Assembly (NCBI GenBank): GCA_038217285.1
Contig: JBBQPO010000142.1
Coordinates: 1-15,653 of the forward strand
DNA length: 15,653 nucleotides
DNA from: Chthonomonadales bacterium
GTDB lineage: Bacteria > Armatimonadota > Chthonomonadetes > Chthonomonadales > Chthonomonadaceae
Direction of reading: 5' to 3'
In this document: positions 6,886 to 14,796 of the stretch, piece by piece
How the letters are laid out: each line of letters begins with the position of its first letter
How positions within the stretch are numbered: the stretch's first letter is position 1
Position numbers and translations under genes: made by a program
The notes under the pieces: generated by a model
Databases searched by the model: none
Seen by the model: only the letters and a program-made list of their open reading frames with translations
Told to the model about the DNA's origin: nothing

Positions 6886-8361
6886 ATGAAGGAACCTAAA
6901 AACAAGCCGCTTCCCTTTCCTCCAATCGCCTGGGCGATTGCCGCGCTTGCGGTCATCGTGCGCCTTATCGTCGCGTGGAACAGCCATTTCACGAGCGAAG
7001 ATTTCCTGATCACATTGCGCTACGCGGAGAATCTCGCGCACGGCAACGGGCTGGTTTTTAACGTCGGCGAACGCGTTTTAGGAACGACGACTCCGCTCTA
7101 CACGCTGTTTCTGGCGGCGATGTCGTGGATCGGCCTGCCTCCTGCGCCTCTCGGCAAGATGGTCAACATTCTGGCCGATGCGGGACTGTGCCTGCTGACG
7201 TATCGGCTCTTGCGTGGAATTGGGGAGGAGACGGCCGGTAGAGTGGCGGCCCTGTGCGTCGCGCTCTGCCCGCTGCAGATCCAGTGGAGCGTTTCGGGAA
7301 TGGAGACGAGCCTGGTTTCGTGCTGCGGCATGGCGGTTTGGGTCGCCTTCGCAGAGCGGCGGACGTTTTGGGCGTATGGGGCGGTCGCCGTGCTGTTCCT
7401 GCTGCGGTGGGACGGTATTCTGGTTTTTGTCGTGCTGACCCTGGCAACGGTCTGGCGCGACCGCAGGCTTCCGTACGGCGGCATTCTGTTGTTCGCTCTG
7501 GCCATCGCGCCGTGGCTGCTGTTCGCCACCCATTTCTACGGCAATCCGATCCCCGTGACTGCGTCCGCGAAATCCATTGTCTACGGCTGGCGAGCGCAGC
7601 ACGACCCGAACGTGCTGTTGCGCCATCTTCCCAGCCTGCCGAAACTGATCCAGCGTTTTATCCTCAGTCCAGGGTACGGCGTGATGACGCTCTTCGCCTG
7701 CGCCGGTCTGGTCCGAGCCCGAACAGCAAGACACGTCGTTCTCCTGCCTCCCGCGCTCTGGTTCGCCCTCTACTGGCTCGCTTTCTTAATCTCACGCGTG
7801 CTGCTATTTCCCTGGTACCTTGTTCCTCCGCTGGCGGTCTACGAGGTGGCTGTCGGGCTGGGCGGCGTCGCTGCGTGGGAATGGCTGCAGCACAGGCGGA
7901 GTTTCGACGTGCCGCGCCCTGTCTCTGGCGCGTTGTTCGGTACGCTGGCTGTCGCCTGCACCGTGGGCACGATGGTGATGACGCGAGGTGAGCAGGAGGT
8001 GGAAGAGAAGGTCCGCATCCCCCTCGCTCTCTGGCTGCAGGCGCACAGTCGCGCGACGGATCGTGTCATGCTTGAGCCTATCGGCTACATCGGCTACTAC
8101 GCGCACCGGCCTGTTCTGGATGTGGTCGGGCTCGTATCACCGCAGGTTCTGCGCTACTATCAGCCGCAGATCGAGGCGCCCATGCTGGAGATGGCGCGCG
8201 CCTTTCGTCCAGAGTGGTGCGTGCTGCGTCTGGGGGAGATCGCCCGCATCCAGCGCGCCGCCACAGCGCAGGGGGACCCGTGGGAAGACCATTACCGCTG
8301 TGTGCAGACCTTCTCCTACGCCCCGAATCATAACGTCTACTATGTCTTCCAGCGCAGATGA
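6886..8361 (+). CDS. Polytopic GT-C-fold glycosyltransferase (AftB/PMT-like membrane protein)
   Basis: EDFLITLRYAENLAHGNGLVFNVGERVLGTTTPLY after TM1, SGMET, many hydrophobic segments, and C-terminal IGYIGYY...VLDVVGLVSP. Confidence 0.8.
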   Translation: MKEPKNKPLPFPPIAWAIAALAVIVRLIVAWNSHFTSEDFLITLRYAENLAHGNGLVFNVGERVLGTTTPLYTLFLAAMSWIGLPPAPLGKMVNILADAGLCLLTYRLLRGIGEETAGRVAALCVALCPLQIQWSVSGMETSLVSCCGMAVWVAFAERRTFWAYGAVAVLFLLRWDGILVFVVLTLATVWRDRRLPYGGILLFALAIAPWLLFATHFYGNPIPVTASAKSIVYGWRAQHDPNVLLRHLPSLPKLIQRFILSPGYGVMTLFACAGLVRARTARHVVLLPPALWFALYWLAFLISRVLLFPWYLVPPLAVYEVAVGLGGVAAWEWLQHRRSFDVPRPVSGALFGTLAVACTVGTMVMTRGEQEVEEKVRIPLALWLQAHSRATDRVMLEPIGYIGYYAHRPVLDVVGLVSPQVLRYYQPQIEAPMLEMARAFRPEWCVLRLGEIARIQRAATAQGDPWEDHYRCVQTFSYAPNHNVYYVFQRR

Positions 8362-8410
8362 GAATGTTGCGCCAAAGTCCGGTAACCGCCGCTCTCCCTG
8401 ATTCGTAAGG

Positions 8411-8416
8411 TAAAAT
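8411..8416 (+). promoter_or_regulatory. Candidate -10 box for the nadA leader transcript
   Basis: TAAAAT in GC-rich surroundings about 175 nt upstream of the nadA ATG. No recognisable -35 box. Confidence 0.4.
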
Positions 8417-8501
8417 AGAGACGTTAGACGTTGCCCTATGGCAACTCACCCGCAGGACAGATTGATCCTGACGATTATTTTGCATCGACAACCACGTTTA
8501 T

Positions 8502-8575
8502 GGGCGTTGACAACATCCCCGTTCAGGGAGGATGACTCGGAGGATAGGCTCCGGTTCTCCCTGGACTGCACGCCC
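8502..8575 (+). ncRNA. Candidate NAD+-I (nadA motif)-like riboswitch aptamer
   Basis: Outer stem GGGCGUUGACA/UGCACGCCC with two bulged nt, one-sided bulge ACAUCCCC, 10-bp stem GUUCAGGGAG/CUCCCUGGAC, apical stem CGGAG/CUCCG. It ends 1 nt before the SD GAGGAG of nadA and matches the recalled core CA-ACAACCCC-GU...AC-UG with one substitution. Confidence 0.65.
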
Positions 8576-8590
8576 CGAGGAGACAATTTC

Positions 8591-9682
8591 ATGTTTCAGC
8601 AGCCCCTGCCTATCGAAATCACCCGTCTGACGCCGGAAGAGACCGACGCCCGCCTTGCGACTGCGCGGCGTTGCCTCGGCGAAGATCTGGTGATACTGGG
8701 CCACCACTATCAGCGGGATGAGATCATCAAGTGGGCCGATTTTCGCGGAGACAGCCTCAAACTATCTCAACTCGCGGCCGAACACCCGGAAGCGAAGTAT
8801 ATCATTTTCTGCGGCGTTCACTTCATGGCGGAGTCCGCCGACATTCTGGCAGGCGAGGATCAGATCGTCATTCTGCCCAACATGAATGCGGGCTGCTCGA
8901 TGGCGGATATGGCGAGCAGTCATCAGGTGGAAGACTGCTGGGAAGACCTCGCCACGGCGACCGACATCTCCCGCATCGTGCCGATCACCTATGTCAACTC
9001 GACCGCCGCCCTCAAAGCCTTCGTCGGACGCAACGGCGGTGCCTCCTGCACTTCGTCGAACGCGAAAAAAGTGGTAGAGTGGGCGCTGGAGCGGGGCGAT
9101 AAACTGCTCTTTTTCCCGGACCAACATCTGGGGCGCAACACCGCTGTCGCGCTGGGGCTCGATCCTGAGCAGGATATGCTGCTCTGGGATCCGCACAAGC
9201 CGTTCGGTGGTACGACGCCAGAGGAGGTGCGGGCGAAGCGGGTTCTGCTCTGGAAAGGCCACTGCTCGGTGCATGGCCGCTTCAACGTGGAGCAGATCAC
9301 GAAGGCACGGGCCGACTATCCTGGCGTCCGCGTCATCGTGCATCCGGAGTGTCCACTGGATGTGGTGCAGGCCGCCGATCTGAACGGTTCGACAGAGTTT
9401 ATCATCAAGGCCGTTACCGAGTCACCGGCCGGAACGACCTGGGCCGTCGGGACTGAGGTGAACCTTGTCAACCGACTGGCGCACGAGCAGCCCGACAAGA
9501 CGATCTTCTGCCTCGATCCGGTCGTCTGTCCCTGCTCCACGATGTACCGTATCCACCCACAATACCTGCTCTGGGTGATGGAGAACCTGGTGAACGGCGT
9601 CGTCGTCAATCAGGTGAAAGTCAAGCCCGAAATCGCGTCCGATGCCCGCCTGGCTCTGAATCGAATGCTCACCATTCGGTAG
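8591..9682 (+). CDS. nadA: Quinolinate synthase NadA
   Basis: GAGGAG 8 nt before ATG 8591. Motifs ILGHHYQRDE, CGVHFMAESA, AGCSMADMA, TYVNS, CTSSNA, PDQHLGRNT, WKGHCSVH, VHPEC, GTE and CPCSTMYRI, including the three [4Fe-4S] cysteines. Confidence 0.97.
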   Translation: MFQQPLPIEITRLTPEETDARLATARRCLGEDLVILGHHYQRDEIIKWADFRGDSLKLSQLAAEHPEAKYIIFCGVHFMAESADILAGEDQIVILPNMNAGCSMADMASSHQVEDCWEDLATATDISRIVPITYVNSTAALKAFVGRNGGASCTSSNAKKVVEWALERGDKLLFFPDQHLGRNTAVALGLDPEQDMLLWDPHKPFGGTTPEEVRAKRVLLWKGHCSVHGRFNVEQITKARADYPGVRVIVHPECPLDVVQAADLNGSTEFIIKAVTESPAGTTWAVGTEVNLVNRLAHEQPDKTIFCLDPVVCPCSTMYRIHPQYLLWVMENLVNGVVVNQVKVKPEIASDARLALNRMLTIR

Positions 9683-9731
9683 ACTCAAGCGCTTGCTTGC
9701 TATCGCTCGCTGCTTTTCGCATGGCCCTCCT

Positions 9732-9799
9732 TCCACCAAAACGATGAACCCGCTGTACCTGGCGGGTTTCGTTCTGTTGTGGATCTCATCGGGGTACAG
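9732..9799. other. Structured intergenic element (terminator-like hairpin with extra pairings)
   Basis: AACCCGC/GCGGGTT stem followed by a T-rich run, CGATGA (9742)/TCATCG (9786) pairing, and loop CTGTACCT (9753-9760) complementary to GGGTACAG (9792-9799). Confidence 0.5.
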
Positions 9800-9919
9800 G
9801 GGACGCTCTTGGCAACTATTGTGCAACGACGAAACTTCCCGCACTCGTAATAGGTATCAGAGTATGTGAAGACAATGCCACCTTTTCGGGCCAGACTTGC
9901 CGACACCACTTACGAAAAA

Positions 9920-10630
9920 ATGACCAAGCAAACCAAACTTCTACCGCTGTCGGCACTGCTGTTGGTGCCCGTGTTTGTCGGCTGTGCTCCCTCGCCGGGA
10001 GGGAGCGCGCCTCCGTACTCGCCGCCCATACGCTCTTCCCGCCCTGCCGGGACGCTGCATCTGCTCGTCGGAGTGGATGTGAGCGGCAGCACCGGAGACG
10101 ATCCGCTGACCCGCAAACGCTACTGCGCGCAGATCGAGGATACCATCGATACGATCCTGCCGCGTGAAACGCCCGTGACTATCTGGTTCTATGACACGGC
10201 GGCACGGATTCATTTTGGGCCGCAGAAGCTTCAGCAAGGCAGTGAGCTGCGTCCGGTGGAAAAAGATATTCTTGCCTATCGGTCCGACAACAAGGGGACA
10301 AAACAGTCGGTCCCGCTCCTGGCGATGCTGTCGGTCGTCAAAGACCTGGACAGCAAAGGCGACAGCTCCGTCTGCATGTTGCTGACCGACAGCGAGGACG
10401 ACGACAGCAACGCGACGAAGAAGGTGGCCGAGGAGTTGGCGGCCATCGCAAGCGTTCGCGCCGTCTGTGTCAGCGGAGCCAAAACCGAGGCGCGGTACCG
10501 TAATTTCATGCGCCAGAAACTGACGGAAGCCCTGACGCCGCTTGGCAGTCGCGCCGTCATCACCGGTGAGGGAGCAGACACGCAGGGCGGACTGGATCGC
10601 CTGCGGATACTGACGCAAGGAGGGCCGTAA
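9920..10630 (+). CDS. Predicted lipoprotein with a von Willebrand factor A domain
   Basis: MTKQTKLLPLSALLLVPVFVG-C lipobox-like signal, Pro/Ser linker, MIDAS LLVGVDVSGS...KGT...MLLTDSED. Start uncertain (9866, 9875 or 9920). Confidence 0.75.
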   Translation: MTKQTKLLPLSALLLVPVFVGCAPSPGGSAPPYSPPIRSSRPAGTLHLLVGVDVSGSTGDDPLTRKRYCAQIEDTIDTILPRETPVTIWFYDTAARIHFGPQKLQQGSELRPVEKDILAYRSDNKGTKQSVPLLAMLSVVKDLDSKGDSSVCMLLTDSEDDDSNATKKVAEELAAIASVRAVCVSGAKTEARYRNFMRQKLTEALTPLGSRAVITGEGADTQGGLDRLRILTQGGP

Positions 10631-10631
10631 C

Positions 10632-12218
10632 ATGGACGAAGAACTGTCGAGGCAGGCCCCGGCACAGGATCGGGAGCCGGAGCCGCCCACCCCCCTCTAT
10701 CGTAATGGCACGAACGGCGTCCATGCGACCATGCCCCTCCCTTCGCCTCCTTCCTTGTCGGAAGCGGCGCACTCCGAGCCACGGCCCGAGGCAACTGCCA
10801 CGTCCGAACCCGGCTCGATGTACTGGCAGCAGAACATGGCAGGCGAGGGGCGCGAAATCCTCTGGTACAATCCGCCGCTGCCGACGTCGCAACGGCGTCG
10901 TGACGAACTCGGCACGATGGTGAGCTCGTTCATCGGGCTGCTCGGCGAGCGCTCTCCTCGCGGCTGGTTCCTTCTCTGGACCTACCAGTCCCGCGCGGCG
11001 GCGGCCCAGGAGGAGGCGGAAAGGCTCGAACAGGAGTCGCGCGCCTTCCTCACAGCGGAGACCGAGAGAGCCCGGACGGAGCGGCGAGACCTGGACGCCG
11101 AGATCACCCGGCTGACGGGAGAACGCGCGCGAATCGAAACCACACTGGAGGCACAGCAGGAGCGGTTCGCGGAGATCACCGGTCGTGCCGGACTGATCCC
11201 GGAAGCCGGCCCTGTCACCGTGCAGGGCGTCGAAACCGCTCTGCAGAAACAGACGCCCAGCCTGGAGCGCGTCGCCGGATTTCACGGGGTCAGCCCGGCG
11301 CACCACGACAGCGGGATCGGTCGGATGCTCTCTACCGGAATTTTCGGGGTGTTGGCCCCTCTGGTCAGCGGTTTCATGCTGGCGCTCTGTCTGGGCACTC
11401 TGGTCGGACTGGTGGATCTGAAGGCGCTCAAACGGCCCGAGCTCCGGCTCAGCGACTACTTCCCGTTTATACTCTCAGCACTGCTCGGCTTTGTGATCGT
11501 CTATCTCATGGGGGAGCTTTACTATACCGCCATCCACGCGCTCACCCGTGCGCTGGAAGAGCGCGAGGAGGGCAAACGGCCCGGCGCGCTGGAAGAGCGC
11601 GAGGAGGGCAAACGGCCCGGCGCGCTGCCATCGCGCTATCGGGCCGCGCTGGGAGTGGCGATGGTCCTCCTGGTCGGCGCCGTGGTGCTGGGCTGCTCGG
11701 AGATAGCGGCCGAGGCGATGGGGCTTCGTGCGCTGCATCTCACCCGCATCGCCGACCTGGAGATTCGCGGCGTCACCGAGCATGAGCTTCCCATGTTCCT
11801 CTATACCCTGATCGGGCTGCTTATCAGCGGCCCTTACCTGCTCTACAAGTCCGCCAGGGCGTGGAATCACCACGACCTGAACCTGCGTCATGCCTGGCTG
11901 CTGCATCAACAGGAGGAGTGGAATCGGGACCGGCGCGGACAGGAGGCGGTGCAGGCTTCGTTTCATCAGGCGCGGGTGCTGGAACAGACCATGGCCCGAC
12001 TGGAGCTGGTAAAGACGCACGAGGAGGCCGCCCGCAGCCGTCGCACCGAGCTCAATTCGGTGGCGCTCTCTCCGGAGATGCGTGTCCGCCTGGACGAGGC
12101 GCGCGGCGCGGCCGTTGGCGAGGCGGCACGACTGCACCAGATGATCGAACAACTGGTCGATACCCACGAACCGCTGCACACGGCGTCGCCGCCCGTGCGC
12201 GCCGCGCATGGCTGGTAG
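10632..12218 (+). CDS. Uncharacterised membrane protein: Pro-rich N-terminus, coiled coil, about 4 TM helices, C-terminal coiled coil
   Basis: 528-aa ORF starting 1 nt after the upstream stop, preceded by AGGAGG. E/R/A-rich heptad segments flank four hydrophobic stretches. Confidence 0.8.
   Translation: MDEELSRQAPAQDREPEPPTPLYRNGTNGVHATMPLPSPPSLSEAAHSEPRPEATATSEPGSMYWQQNMAGEGREILWYNPPLPTSQRRRDELGTMVSSFIGLLGERSPRGWFLLWTYQSRAAAAQEEAERLEQESRAFLTAETERARTERRDLDAEITRLTGERARIETTLEAQQERFAEITGRAGLIPEAGPVTVQGVETALQKQTPSLERVAGFHGVSPAHHDSGIGRMLSTGIFGVLAPLVSGFMLALCLGTLVGLVDLKALKRPELRLSDYFPFILSALLGFVIVYLMGELYYTAIHALTRALEEREEGKRPGALEEREEGKRPGALPSRYRAALGVAMVLLVGAVVLGCSEIAAEAMGLRALHLTRIADLEIRGVTEHELPMFLYTLIGLLISGPYLLYKSARAWNHHDLNLRHAWLLHQQEEWNRDRRGQEAVQASFHQARVLEQTMARLELVKTHEEAARSRRTELNSVALSPEMRVRLDEARGAAVGEAARLHQMIEQLVDTHEPLHTASPPVRAAHGW
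11550..11627 (+). repeat. Perfect in-frame 36-bp tandem duplication (ALEEREEGKRPG x2)
   Basis: GCGCTGGAAGAGCGCGAGGAGGGCAAACGGCCCGGC at 11550-11585 and 11586-11621, followed by GCGCTG. Confidence 0.97.
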
Positions 12219-12224
12219 CGCCTG

Positions 12225-13478
12225 ATGGGGAAGAGCTTCCGCGCCCAACTCGGCTCCCGTCTTCGCTTCGCCCTGATCGGCTTCGCGGCCTGTCTGCTCG
12301 TCGCCGGGGCGCTCGAACTGCTGTTCGAGAGCGTGGACATGCAGGGATTTCTTGCCAGTCAGTCGGCGCGCTCCCTCCTGTTCGAGGTCGGTGCGGTACG
12401 GCGATCGACCCGAGATCGCCTCAAAACCGGCGACATTCAGATTACCCTGCACTGGCATAATCGCAACGATCTCGACCTCTGGTGCGAGGACCCCACGGGC
12501 GAGCGGATCTACTACGGGCATCCGCGCGCGAACTCCGGCGGGGAGCTGGACTTCGACATGAACTCCGGTGGCGTGAACTCCTCCTCCGATCCAGTCGAAA
12601 ACATTCACTGGCCGCAGAACTCCGCTCCCAGGGGCCATTATCGAGTCTTTGTCAACTACTTCCAGCCGCACGGTGATCCCGATCCGACCGGTTTTGAAGG
12701 AAAGATCTTGGTGGAAGGCCATACACAGACCTTCGTGGGCACGGCGGACTATCGAGAGAGAGACCGCAAACAGTTTGCTGCGGCATTCGACGTCACACAC
12801 GATCCCCGGACCTTCCTCGGTATCCATCCCGGTATTCTCTTCGCGTCGCTGATCGTCGGGGCGTGGTTCGGGCTGACGGCGGCCCTTCTGGCGCTGGCGC
12901 TGATCGGTGCGGAAAACCTCTGGTATCGCCGTTACTACAAAAAGCCGATTCTGAATGTAGTCGCGTCTGCCAGGGCGGTCGGGATCGCGTTCTCCATCGC
13001 TTTTGGGTGCGCGGCCTTGAGCCAACTGGTGTTCGGCGCGGTCGCGAATCATCTTCCGCCGCTGTTTGTCGTCTTGTTGCGTCTGGTAGGGTGGACGGCC
13101 TGTTTCGCGGTCATCGGCGCGTGCCTAAGTCGCGTCGTGCCGAACGTGTCGCGCAAGACGGCTGTCCTGGTCAGTCTCGTGGCGGGTTGGATCGCCGGGG
13201 TCGTGTTCCTGTTCGGGGCGCTGGCGGATAGCGAGATCGTGGCGCGGCTGTTCGGGGCAGGCCTGGTCGGCTTCGTCATCGGTTTCCTCATCTGCCTGCT
13301 CTGGGAAGAGCAGGCCGCGCCCGTAAAGACGAATCCTGCCTTCTCTTTGCCGCCCATGCGCCTCCAGCCCTACCGCATGACGGTTAATCAGATGGAGAAC
13401 GTCGGCCGAAATGCCCAGCAGCCTGTTCCGGCACCCGACAGCAAGCCACCCATAGTGCCGCACGAAAAACCGGAGTGA
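12225..13478 (+). CDS. Membrane protein with a YfaP/DUF2135-like beta domain and a C-terminal multi-TM bundle
   Basis: N-terminal TM helix, then GDIQITLHWHNRNDLDLWCEDPTGERIYY...GGELDFDMN...PVENIHW...APRGHYRVFVNYF, then about 5 Gly-rich TM helices. Confidence 0.8.
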   Translation: MGKSFRAQLGSRLRFALIGFAACLLVAGALELLFESVDMQGFLASQSARSLLFEVGAVRRSTRDRLKTGDIQITLHWHNRNDLDLWCEDPTGERIYYGHPRANSGGELDFDMNSGGVNSSSDPVENIHWPQNSAPRGHYRVFVNYFQPHGDPDPTGFEGKILVEGHTQTFVGTADYRERDRKQFAAAFDVTHDPRTFLGIHPGILFASLIVGAWFGLTAALLALALIGAENLWYRRYYKKPILNVVASARAVGIAFSIAFGCAALSQLVFGAVANHLPPLFVVLLRLVGWTACFAVIGACLSRVVPNVSRKTAVLVSLVAGWIAGVVFLFGALADSEIVARLFGAGLVGFVIGFLICLLWEEQAAPVKTNPAFSLPPMRLQPYRMTVNQMENVGRNAQQPVPAPDSKPPIVPHEKPE

Positions 13479-13515
13479 AGGCGCAGTTGCGCCAGGAGAA
13501 GAGACGATCGATCCG

Positions 13516-14796
13516 TTGTTGCTATCGCACTTTCGCACCTGTTCGGAGCCGTTAACGCTGCGCCGGGACGGCAATCCTGTGCATTGGAATGATGAGTCTT
13601 TGCATCGCGCGGCCTTTGGGTCCGATCCCGAACTCTATACTCTGTGCGCCTTCGCAGGAGGGATTCACCCCTGGCAGCAGGCCCGCATCCTGTTTCTTCT
13701 CCTGACGGAATCACGCCGCCGCCTTTCGCCGTCTCTGTGGTCCCATTGTGAGCGCATAACGCTGTTTCTCCTCGCGACCCTTCCCACGGATCTTGTGCTC
13801 TGCGTCTTTCTCGCGGTACGGCGCGCGCGGGCCAACCATCGGCACACCGTTCGCGCCGTGCTCTCCTATCTGCTGCAGCATCCGGACATCGAGGCGATGG
13901 CCCAGTCCCGGCCTCGGGAGATTCGGGACTGCCTGGAACATGCCCTCGGCCAGGGCCGGGTGCGCTACTTCGGTTACCATGCGCCGCGATTGGGACGGGA
14001 GGCTTCCCTCTGTGCACCGCTGCGCCGCTACGGCGGTTCCGAAGCACGCCTGCGATCCTTGTTCGAATGCCTCTATTTCGGAGCGAAGACGGGACCGGCG
14101 CGGTATGGAAGGCAGAAGGTCACCGCGCCCGTCAACGAACCAGCGTCGCCCGGAACTCTGGTTCCTCTGCTGAGCCGTCTCTACCGTGACGGAACCTCTC
14201 CTGAACTGATAAGCGGACTGGAAGCGGCGATTGCAGGCTCGTCTGCCGATCTTCCCAGCCTTTCCGGACGGATCGCGCTCATTCTGGATGCCTCCGCCTC
14301 GATGCGCGGCAGCGGTGAGCCGCCGTATGCGCCGATAGCGCTTGCGGTCGCGTTCGAGCGTGTCTTGCAGATAAAATGTGCGGATCTGCGCTTCTATACA
14401 ATCGGTGGCTTTGGCTGGCCGCCCGCCCCGGAAGGCCCGACAGATTTTGGGCGGGCGCTTCTAGATGCCCTTGAAGGCGCTCCTGACCTGATCGTAATCC
14501 TGACTGACGGTTATGAAAACCTGAACGACGGCGATGCCGCCCGGATCGTCGCCACCCTGCGGACGCTCGGCCTCTCGACTCCGGTCGTCTGCTGCTGCGT
14601 GGACCTTCCTGTCGTATTCCCCGCAGCAAACGTTCCTACGATTCCACTGCGCACGGCAGAGGACTTCGAGGCGACCTTACAGGTTTTCGACATGATGATC
14701 GCCCCGCAAGCGGCCCGGACGAGGATTGTGAATCGACTGCGCGAGCGGCAGAGCTTGTGGGAAACGGAGGTCTTGGGATGGACTGTCGCGCCCTGA
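13516..14796 (+). CDS. Alpha-helical (TROVE/ROT-like) N-terminal region fused to a C-terminal vWA domain
   Basis: MIDAS LILDASASM...GPTD...ILTDGYEN. The N-terminal region is Arg-rich and helical (RRARANHRHT, LEHALG). No signal peptide. The vWA call is firm; TROVE-likeness and the TTG start are tentative. Confidence 0.72.
   Translation: MLLSHFRTCSEPLTLRRDGNPVHWNDESLHRAAFGSDPELYTLCAFAGGIHPWQQARILFLLLTESRRRLSPSLWSHCERITLFLLATLPTDLVLCVFLAVRRARANHRHTVRAVLSYLLQHPDIEAMAQSRPREIRDCLEHALGQGRVRYFGYHAPRLGREASLCAPLRRYGGSEARLRSLFECLYFGAKTGPARYGRQKVTAPVNEPASPGTLVPLLSRLYRDGTSPELISGLEAAIAGSSADLPSLSGRIALILDASASMRGSGEPPYAPIALAVAFERVLQIKCADLRFYTIGGFGWPPAPEGPTDFGRALLDALEGAPDLIVILTDGYENLNDGDAARIVATLRTLGLSTPVVCCCVDLPVVFPAANVPTIPLRTAEDFEATLQVFDMMIAPQAARTRIVNRLRERQSLWETEVLGWTVAP

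Noticed and set aside
8438-8590. 51-aa N-terminal extension of NadA
   Set aside because: A strong SD precedes ATG 8591, and the upstream region is better explained as a structured leader.
9738-9800. Active canonical hammerhead ribozyme on the minus strand
   Set aside because: The core reads CCGAUGA rather than CUGAUGA, stem II is weak, and the bases after the would-be cleavage site cannot form stem I. Kept only as a structured-element finding.
11475-13052. 525-aa minus-strand ORF
   Set aside because: Antisense to two tightly spaced plus-strand genes that have coherent domain structure.
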